The notes under the pieces were generated by a model. The model was not told the origin of the DNA. It did no database searches and saw only the letters and a list, made by a program, of their open reading frames with translations. Made by a program: the position numbers and the translations under genes. Shown here one piece after another: positions 1-6,305 of a stretch of DNA of 11,835 nucleotides. Position 1 is the stretch's first letter. Every line of letters begins with the position of its first letter. The DNA is from Candidatus Nanohaloarchaea archaeon. GTDB taxonomy: Archaea; EX4484-52; GLR71. The stretch covers positions 1 through 11,835 of the forward strand of contig DAOVVY010000015.1 of NCBI GenBank assembly GCA_030636885.1. The letters are read 5' to 3'.

Positions 1-2
1 CT

Positions 3-548
3 ATGGCACAATTATCATCTTCACGGAGATATAATGATATAGTCAATTGCAGGTTAGATGACTTTAAGATATAAGAATATGGAGAAGGATACAGGTTACA
101 TATACTTCATGGAAAAGGTGGAAAAGTCAGTATAGCTGTATTACAGAACAAAGTCTCTGAAAAAATCATAAGTCTCATACGAAATATAAAGCATAGCAAG
201 AACAGGAAAGTCAAAAATAACCCATTTATATTTATATCAGATAATTATATCTATTCTGACTATTCGGATGTATTGTCACCATTGGATCAGGATAGCATTA
301 CAGCTTATTTTGAGATATATAACAGGTATCTGAAGAAGAATAGCATTAAGTTCAATAAGTTCATAGTAGAAATAACTTCTCATGTATTTCGGTCATGGGC
401 GATAACAAACTATCATAGATTACATAATGGAGATCCGCATAAAGGGATGAAATTCTCAAACCACAGTTCGTATGATGTCTACATGACTTATGTAAAGGAT
501 ATTGACGAAGAAGAAGCGTATAAAGATATTGATTTGAATGAGATGTAG
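3..548 (+). pseudogene. Tyrosine recombinase/integrase, catalytic C-terminal region. Box I-like 'SSSRRYNDIVNCRLDDF' (3..71) is separated from the K-hairpin 'HGKGGKVSIAVL' and the box II 'HVFRSW...HRLHNG...NHSS...YMTY' segment (75..548) by an in-frame TAA at 72-74. The gene probably continues upstream of the window.
   Basis: Manual translation of frame 3. The order of conserved tyrosine-recombinase motifs is intact: R, then the beta-hairpin K, then HxxR, then H/W, then the catalytic Y. The ORF track lists only 273..548 from an internal TTG. The stop at 72-74 was checked by counting codons. Confidence 0.55.
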
Positions 549-677
549 CTGAAATGACATTAAATCATTTTCCTACCTCAAATTTTGTCTTACAATTATA
601 ATATTCCTTTAAGATGTAAGCCATATAATAACCACAATATAATTGCAATAATACCAACACAAAACATTATTTTATTC

Positions 678-1538
678 TCATCCACTTATCTCACCCCCTT
701 TGTTTTTATCTGATTTGACAGAAGTAAGACTAAATAGTGACTTTTTATATCCACAAGACTTAACAGCCCAATATTCTCTAACCCCACCGTATTTCTCCAT
801 TAATCTGAAATGATGTTCTTTTGTTCTGGCTTGAACAGGCATGAATTTTATATCTTGATCTTGTAGACAGTCTTTTATCATTCCTTTTAATTCATCTATA
901 GCATTTTCTTTAGTTTTACCCTGTGAACACAAATCTTCAAAAAATGGAGTCTTGGCAATATACCAATTATTCTCTTTAAAAGTAATTACAGGTATAGATA
1001 TACTTTTTAGATATTTATTATTTAGTTTTCTGCATCTATCCCACGCTTCTTTGACATCTTTGCGACCAGACTGTTTAATAATGTCATCCACGAATTTCTT
1101 TGGATTATCAACACTTATGCCCGGAGTAGGAGTTATTGGTTTAACTTCTTTCTTGACAAAATCTTTCTCACTAAGAGTCAGATAATCATTATTCCTTCTA
1201 TTATCTCTCTCAGCAATCAGTTTTTTAACAGTTTCATCAATCTTTTTAAAAGATTCTAACTCAATCTTTACAGATTCCAAAACAACTTCTTTTTCGTTTT
1301 TAGCCATTTCATTGAAATTGTCTACATATTCAAAGTAGGTAGTTAAACATAATAGAGATGGACATAGAATTATGGGGTCACCACTACCTTTAGATGGCAT
1401 GATGCTACAGTTTTCTACCAATACTTTCTCTTTACAGTAATGGCACTTCAGATTATCTGTATTAATATCGAATGCTTTCAATACCAGCATTTTCTCTTTC
1501 TTACCTATCTTCATAAATTTCATTTTGTCTATATTCAT
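678..1538 (-). CDS. 286-aa protein with an N-terminal Cys-rich zinc-finger-like region (CHYC...C..C) and a C-terminal HicB-like (UPF0150/DUF1902-type) fold ('AKTPFFEDLCSQGKTKENAIDELKGMIKDCL').
   Basis: ORF with an ATG start at 1538 preceded by AGGTAGATTAAA, a Shine-Dalgarno-like sequence. It is the last gene of the leftward operon, 6 nt downstream of the previous stop. Motif resemblance to the HicB antitoxin N-domain is recalled from memory. Confidence 0.6.
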   Translation of the reverse strand: MNIDKMKFMKIGKKEKMLVLKAFDINTDNLKCHYCKEKVLVENCSIMPSKGSGDPIILCPSLLCLTTYFEYVDNFNEMAKNEKEVVLESVKIELESFKKIDETVKKLIAERDNRRNNDYLTLSEKDFVKKEVKPITPTPGISVDNPKKFVDDIIKQSGRKDVKEAWDRCRKLNNKYLKSISIPVITFKENNWYIAKTPFFEDLCSQGKTKENAIDELKGMIKDCLQDQDIKFMPVQARTKEHHFRLMEKYGGVREYWAVKSCGYKKSLFSLTSVKSDKNKGGEISG

Positions 1539-1544
1539 TTTAAT

Positions 1545-1919
1545 CTACCTAATATCCCACCAATTTTTCTTTTTTGGATAGGTTATATAATATCCTCTAT
1601 CTGATTTGTAATAAATTCGTCCATTTTTTCTTCTATGTTTTTCCGCTTCTGCAACAGATGAATAATACTTCATATTAATGCCTTCTCTCGTTATTCTCGC
1701 TATTTCCATTAGGGTAGTTAGGTCTTTCTTTATGAATAGTCTACCTTTGATAATTCCACCCCATTCATCGATATGGATTTCTTCACCTTCTTTTGTCAAG
1801 ACTCTCTGTGTCGGATCATCTTTCTCTGCGAGATATCCTTCATTATCTATTGTTTTACCTAACAAGTCTAAGAGATCCAACATTACATCTTCAGAAAATG
1901 TTAGTTTTATATTATCCAT
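1545..1919 (-). CDS. Hypothetical 124-aa protein.
   Basis: ORF with ATG at 1919 preceded by a strong AGGAGATAAAA Shine-Dalgarno-like sequence. It follows a 98-nt intergenic region carrying direct repeats. No recognisable domain. Confidence 0.55.
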   Translation of the reverse strand: MDNIKLTFSEDVMLDLLDLLGKTIDNEGYLAEKDDPTQRVLTKEGEEIHIDEWGGIIKGRLFIKKDLTTLMEIARITREGINMKYYSSVAEAEKHRRKNGRIYYKSDRGYYITYPKKKNWWDIR

Positions 1920-2017
1920 TTTTATCTCCTACCTACTATACATTTAACTGTACAAGTATATATATTGGTTTATACATCTAACTGTACAGTGCAAATTATG
2001 TATCCTAAGCATAGTGA

Positions 2018-2551
2018 TTATAGTGATTCAGAAGCTTTATCAAATTCTTCTTTCCGTTTCAAATACGACTTACTAATCCAATATATTGGAGTTATATTAA
2101 ATATCAGTGTGTGTGGTGGTTCAAAATTTATCTCTTTCATTTGGTTAGTTATCCATCGTTTTGCATCCATATAGGTCTTACAGTTTGTCGAAGAACCCCA
2201 ACCATTTTTACCATCACGAGAACCAGAATGCAAATCTACATGGAACATCCTTTTTCTGTGTAAAGGTTCTATATCAAGTTCTTTTGCTTCGTATGACTCA
2301 TCAACCATTGATTTAACATATTCTGCAATATCTTCTTTTGTACCTATTAATTTGAACGCATCATCATCAAAAGGAGATTCTTTCAGAGGAGTTACTACAT
2401 AATACTTCTTTTTCTTTGGTTTCGGTTTGTCTTCTTTTTTCTTTTTCTTACTACTTGAATCGTATGCAAGGCGACATTTAATATTTGTAGGTTTTACAGA
2501 TACAACAGACTTCTGTTCTATAACTCGTGTTTTCTTTTTCTCTTTAGACAT
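2018..2551 (-). CDS. Hypothetical basic protein of about 177 aa with a poly-K/E linker (KKKKKEDKPKPKKKK) and a C-terminal globular part.
   Basis: The ATG at 2551 lies 2 nt after the helicase TGA stop (TGAttATG) and is preceded by AAAGTGATTGATT, a Shine-Dalgarno-like sequence. The ORF track extends the start to a TTG at 2557. No confident domain assignment. Confidence 0.6.
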   Translation of the reverse strand: MSKEKKKTRVIEQKSVVSVKPTNIKCRLAYDSSSKKKKKEDKPKPKKKKYYVVTPLKESPFDDDAFKLIGTKEDIAEYVKSMVDESYEAKELDIEPLHRKRMFHVDLHSGSRDGKNGWGSSTNCKTYMDAKRWITNQMKEINFEPPHTLIFNITPIYWISKSYLKRKEEFDKASESL

Positions 2552-2553
2552 AA

Positions 2554-5274
2554 TCAATCACTTTCAATCTCTATAGGTTTCAATTCTATACCTATCTGAT
2601 ACATCAGCTTATTATATTTACCTGAAACATCATCAAGTATCAAAGGGAATTTATAATCTTTCTCTGTCTTCGCAAATATATATTTCATCGCCCTGACAAA
2701 ATAATGTGTGAATTCATCTTTTCTCGGATCATAAGTTGAATATGTAGTAACGAGTTTCATTGGGTGTGCATCTTTTATGAACAAAGCATCAATATCACGA
2801 TAATAGTTCGAGAAACCACCACAATAGTCCAACCACACGAAATCATACTTTATATCATGGTCAGATATGAACTGCAATATTGAGGTAGGATAGAACTCTA
2901 TCTTGATATTGTTGGGATTGTCATACTTCTGTAATGCTTCTGTCATCTCTTCTGGTTCGATATGGTTAGGAATTATTATCCTTGATGGTTTTATACCCTG
3001 TTCATCTATCTCTTTGAGAGCAAGTAGTTTTGGACTCTCAAGCAATAACACAACATCACCATCACTTATATGATCGACAATCTTCTTCCTTACAACATCT
3101 TTTTCAGGATTTGGATTGAATTTCCTGTCCCCACCGAAACTGTTTGTCTTGTTGGATTTAACCTTATTGGCTTTGTGTTTCGGTACTTTAGGTATAGTTA
3201 CCTTAGGGGTGTATGAAGTGTTGATTGTGATTGAACTTTTTAGTCTTCGTGACCATCTATTAGATGGGTTCATTCCATGCTGTTTAAGAAACGCAAAATA
3301 ACCACCATAAGGTGTGAAATAATATGCATATATTCCTAATTCTCCCAGAGTTGGAGTCCTACCTAATTCTTTAGTTTTATCTTTAATTGCCTTTTCAAGT
3401 TCAGATTCTGTGTAATGTTTAGGTGAAGTTTGATTTGGTTTCAATCCTATCTGTTTTAGGAAAGAAGAAAAACCACCATAAGATTTGAACACCTTAGGAT
3501 ATAGTCTTAATTCTTTTAATTTTGGTGATCTTCCCAACTCTTTAGCTTTATCTTTGATTATCTTTTCAAGTTCAGATTCGGTGTAAGGTTTTTTAGGTTT
3601 CCTTATTGGTTTCAATCCTATCTGTTCCAAGAGAGAAGAAAAACCACCACATTGTTGGAATATATAATAATCCATACCTAACTCTTTTATAGTCGGTGTC
3701 TTACCACCTAATTCTTTAGATTTATCTTTTACGAGTGTTATTAGTTCTTGATTTGTGTACTGTTTTTTAGGTTTCCTTATTGGTTTCAATCCTATCTGTT
3801 TCACGAAAGAAGAAAAACCACTATATCGTTTGAAAATATTGTTATGTATACCTAATTCTCCCAGAGTTGGAGTCCTACCTAATTTCTTAGCCAAATCGAG
3901 TGTCTTCTTTTTAAGACTCTCGAAAGAATACTTGTTTGCTTCAATTATGCTTTCCTTTAGCAAATCGACCTTTTCCCTACTCAAAATTACACTACAACCC
4001 AAAGATTCAAATACAAAAGTTGATGAATCATCATTATCTTTTTGTATTATATTATTATCTTTGGTTGCATCACAATCAACAGATTTTAACACTAAATCAG
4101 AATGGTTGTTTTCAATATCTATTTTCTCCACTTCTTTCCTGACATCAATATTCAACGCTTCTTTCAGGAAATCCTCAACTATACTACACCATCTTGATGA
4201 TGCAGTGAAATCAAGTATCAACAGATCTTTCTTACCCTCAGCTTTACGCAGACCGCGACCAATCTGTTGTGTGAATACCCTTGAAGAATAAGTTGGTCTT
4301 ATCATCATTATACAATCAGCATCAGGTACATCAACACCTTCATTAAACAAATCAACTACACAAATGACATCATAATCACCGTTACGAAAACCATCAAGTA
4401 TTCTTTCACGGGCAGGTAATGTTGTTGTGTTCCTATGTTCAGAATTGTTGGTATATACATTAGTCATTCCTGTCAGACCTACCGCTTTGATACCTCTATC
4501 ATTGAACACCTTGACCATTCTCTCAGTATGCTTAACAGATACACAGAAACAGATTGTTTTCTTCTTGTTATGTACTCCAACTGCATATTCTTCATATTCT
4601 GATATTATAGCATTATCGTATTTAGGTTTACATACCTCTCTATTGAGGACTTTCTCATCACATTTAGTTCCATTCAATTTCATATCCATATATCTAATAC
4701 TATTTTTATTATTTACCCAATAATAATTGAATGGTGCTAAGATATTATCAACTCTACCCTCATATATAGTATATTTGTATATTATCTTTCCGCAGATGTT
4801 TTCAAGACTTTTACCATCAGCACGATATGCAGTAGCTGACAGACCCAGCATGAACTTTGGTTTGAAATATGATAATGCTTTCTCGAAAGTAATAGCTTTA
4901 TAGTGATGACATTCATCAACGACAATATAATCAAATTCATTCTCTTTGAACTTATTGAGATTTCTATACAGAGTCTGGACTGTTGCAAAAGTTACCTGTT
5001 TCTTATCCTTATTAGCCGCAATATAATAACCAAAAGATAAATCAAACTTTTTTAGACAGTTCTGGAATTCTCTATCATTCGCCTGTTTCAAGATATCCCT
5101 ATTATGACAGATGAAAAGTAAATTTGCATTCGGATCTTTCTCTAATATCCTTTTGAACCAGATTGCCGCAAGATAAGTCTTACCAGTACCTGTCGCCATC
5201 TGTACGATCCCTTTTGATTCCTTTGTAGTATCAAGCACGGCTAATGCTTCAACCTGTGGTTTGTATAATTCCAT
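2554..5274 (-). CDS. Superfamily-2 DEAH-box helicase (Type III restriction Res-subunit-like / DEAD-DEAH family) of about 906 aa. Layout: N-terminal helicase core, four tandem roughly 58-aa HTH-like modules, then an uncharacterised C-terminal alpha/beta domain of about 230 aa.
   Basis: Walker A 'MATGTGKT'; motif Ia 'FICHNRD'; motif II 'VVDECHHY'; motif III 'SATAYR'; motif V 'VVDLFNEGVDVP'; motif VI 'QQIGRGLR'. The likely start is the ATG at 5274, which has a GGTGAACAGA upstream Shine-Dalgarno context; TTG 5286 and GTG 5283 are in-frame alternatives. The ORF is long and has no internal stops. Confidence 0.9.
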   Translation of the reverse strand: MELYKPQVEALAVLDTTKESKGIVQMATGTGKTYLAAIWFKRILEKDPNANLLFICHNRDILKQANDREFQNCLKKFDLSFGYYIAANKDKKQVTFATVQTLYRNLNKFKENEFDYIVVDECHHYKAITFEKALSYFKPKFMLGLSATAYRADGKSLENICGKIIYKYTIYEGRVDNILAPFNYYWVNNKNSIRYMDMKLNGTKCDEKVLNREVCKPKYDNAIISEYEEYAVGVHNKKKTICFCVSVKHTERMVKVFNDRGIKAVGLTGMTNVYTNNSEHRNTTTLPARERILDGFRNGDYDVICVVDLFNEGVDVPDADCIMMIRPTYSSRVFTQQIGRGLRKAEGKKDLLILDFTASSRWCSIVEDFLKEALNIDVRKEVEKIDIENNHSDLVLKSVDCDATKDNNIIQKDNDDSSTFVFESLGCSVILSREKVDLLKESIIEANKYSFESLKKKTLDLAKKLGRTPTLGELGIHNNIFKRYSGFSSFVKQIGLKPIRKPKKQYTNQELITLVKDKSKELGGKTPTIKELGMDYYIFQQCGGFSSLLEQIGLKPIRKPKKPYTESELEKIIKDKAKELGRSPKLKELRLYPKVFKSYGGFSSFLKQIGLKPNQTSPKHYTESELEKAIKDKTKELGRTPTLGELGIYAYYFTPYGGYFAFLKQHGMNPSNRWSRRLKSSITINTSYTPKVTIPKVPKHKANKVKSNKTNSFGGDRKFNPNPEKDVVRKKIVDHISDGDVVLLLESPKLLALKEIDEQGIKPSRIIIPNHIEPEEMTEALQKYDNPNNIKIEFYPTSILQFISDHDIKYDFVWLDYCGGFSNYYRDIDALFIKDAHPMKLVTTYSTYDPRKDEFTHYFVRAMKYIFAKTEKDYKFPLILDDVSGKYNKLMYQIGIELKPIEIESD
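3262..3905 (-). repeat. Intragenic tandem repeat of four copies with a period of 174 bp. The copies are in frame and encode a repeated module of the form 'LGRTPTLGELG....Y..YGGFSSFLKQIGLKP(IRKPKK)YTESELEK.IKDK.KE'.
   Basis: Several exact DNA strings recur at 174-bp spacing: 'aggtttccttattggtttcaatcctatctgtt' at about 3597 and about 3771; 'aagaagaaaaaccacca' at about 3466, 3640 and 3812; 'cctaattctcccagagttggagtcctacctaatt' at about 3335 and about 3848. The protein-level repeats are visible in the translated ORF. Confidence 0.8.
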
Positions 5275-5357
5275 TCTGTTCACCAATTAATTTTTTTCCT
5301 TCTGAGTATATAAATACCGCTTATCCATTATTTTCCTCGATAGTTTAAATAGACCAG

Positions 5358-5564
5358 TCATTTTACAATTCTTTTAGGTTTCTCACCGATAACTTTCAAA
5401 AATAAGTTATATCCTCCATACCTGTCAAACGCATAGATTTTCAGGTTTAATTCTTCCACTGTTGGAATCCTACCCAATTCAGTTTTTTTCTCTAAAACCA
5501 ACCGTTTAAGGTTATTAAAGAAGTATTTGCGGGGCTTGAACAACTTTTTGGATTCCATGACCAT
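5358..5564 (-). CDS. Stand-alone 68-aa paralog of the helicase repeat module ('ELGRIPTVEELNLKIYAFDRYGGYNLFLKVIGEKP'). Putative small HTH-like DNA-binding protein.
   Basis: The ORF sits immediately upstream of the helicase in the same operon. It carries the same sequence signature as the four intragenic repeats. Confidence 0.6.
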   Translation of the reverse strand: MVMESKKLFKPRKYFFNNLKRLVLEKKTELGRIPTVEELNLKIYAFDRYGGYNLFLKVIGEKPKRIVK

Positions 5565-5569
5565 TAACC

Positions 5570-5728
5570 CTATTCCTTCTTCTTTTGAAATACAATATTG
5601 CCATTATCTACAAAATCACAATCATAACCTAATTCGCAGATAGTATCACAAACCTTTCTAAGTTCCTTATAAGGGAAAACCCTGAACACAGTCAGTTTTA
5701 TATTACCTTTTTCTATATTCTCAACCAT
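5570..5728 (-). CDS. Hypothetical 52-aa protein (MVENIEKGNIKLTVFRVFPYKELRKVCDTICELGYDCDFVDNGNIVFQKKKE).
   Basis: Translated by hand; the ORF track omits it because of its length cutoff. It is packed with a 3-nt gap after the upstream ORF and a 5-nt gap before the next one, suggesting translational coupling. Confidence 0.35.
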   Translation of the reverse strand: MVENIEKGNIKLTVFRVFPYKELRKVCDTICELGYDCDFVDNGNIVFQKKKE

Positions 5729-5731
5729 ATT

Positions 5732-5899
5732 CTATTCACCTTTAATCAAACCAAGTTTTATTTTTATCTTTCTAATATTAACTAAGGTATGACAACGAGG
5801 GCAAGTCACATAATATTCTGATTTACCGCCATAATCCCATACATAGTCGCATTTTTGACATTTTATCTTTATTTTTGAATCATCTATTTTTATCACCAT
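5732..5899 (-). CDS. Hypothetical 55-aa zinc-ribbon protein (CxxC...CxxC: 'KCQKCDYVWDYGGKSEYYVTCPRCH'). First gene of the leftward operon.
   Basis: Translated by hand; not in the ORF track. There are four Cys in two CxxC pairs. The gene starts right at the edge of the AT-rich divergent intergenic region. Confidence 0.45.
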   Translation of the reverse strand: MVIKIDDSKIKIKCQKCDYVWDYGGKSEYYVTCPRCHTLVNIRKIKIKLGLIKGE

Positions 5900-6067
5900 T
5901 ATTTATTTATAGTATTTATTTACATACATACTTATATATAGATGTAGGTACAAATAAGTATTAATGAGTGATTTATATGATTAAAAAACAATTTATATAC
6001 ACAAGAAAAGGAAAGCACTTGGATGTCCTAAATATAGTAAGAGACAGGATATCACAGAAATATAACA
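5900..6067. promoter_or_regulatory. Divergent AT-rich intergenic region between the leftward helicase operon and the rightward flotillin operon. It carries several TATA-like boxes ('acttatatatag' about 5931-5942; 'tttatatac' about 6020-6028).
   Basis: 168 bp with no ORF, flanked by divergently oriented operon starts. The TATA-like motifs are seen directly. No promoter consensus could be confirmed. Confidence 0.35.
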
Positions 6068-6076
6068 GTGAATAGA

Positions 6077-6295
6077 ATGGAAAGAATTAACGCAAAACGG
6101 AAAGCTGTAGATGTCATAGAATTTTCTTCAGTAGATGAACTAGAAAAATTTTCTAAATCTATAGAGACTGAAAAGAAATTTATACTGACATGGAAAGAAA
6201 AGGAAGATGTCATGTCAGAGTTGATATTTTCAACAAATATTACAAGTAAGATAAAAAATGGTGAAATCAAACTTACTTCTGTTGAAGAAAAATAG
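6077..6295 (+). CDS. Hypothetical 72-aa acidic protein, translationally coupled to the flotillin gene. It may be a flotillin-associated partner, but it has no transmembrane segment and no clear NfeD signature.
   Basis: The ATG at 6077 sits in the context GTGAATAGAATGG; the ORF track starts it at the GTG at 6068. The stop at 6293-6295 overlaps the Shine-Dalgarno sequence (AGGTGA) of the next gene. Confidence 0.5.
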   Translation: MERINAKRKAVDVIEFSSVDELEKFSKSIETEKKFILTWKEKEDVMSELIFSTNITSKIKNGEIKLTSVEEK

Positions 6296-6305
6296 GTGAA
6301 ATGAA

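Noticed and set aside
72-74. TAA in the integrase as evidence for stop-codon reassignment or an alternative genetic code.
   Set aside because: Long ORFs in the same window (906 aa and 472 aa) are uninterrupted under the standard code, and TAA and TAG terminate other genes here. Pseudogenisation or a sequencing error is far more likely.
2018-2551. Assigning the 177-aa protein C-terminus ('MFHVDLHSGSRDGKNGWG') to a peptidase M15/VanY-like zinc hydrolase.
   Set aside because: There is only a superficial H..D..H resemblance. The canonical SxHxxGxAxD and D..H motifs are not collinear. The evidence is too weak to call.
3262-3905. Tandem repeats as a possible CRISPR array.
   Set aside because: The repeat period is 174 bp, and the repeats are in frame and encode protein inside a long ORF. 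There is no short-repeat and unique-spacer architecture and no cas genes.
3755-4291. 178-aa plus-strand ORF inside the helicase gene. Other 60-100-aa ORFs in the track are also antisense to the leftward operon (952..1185, 1678..1947, 1793..1981, 1965..2174, 3116..3301, 3936..4142, 4427..4723, 4782..4988).
   Set aside because: All of them overlap well-supported genes on the opposite strand. They have hydrophobic or low-complexity translations typical of antisense frames in AT-rich DNA.
6077-6295. Calling the 72-aa flotillin-coupled protein an NfeD homologue.
   Set aside because: It has no transmembrane segment and no recognisable NfeD C-terminal beta-barrel motif. Only the gene-order analogy supports the call, so the product is left unassigned.
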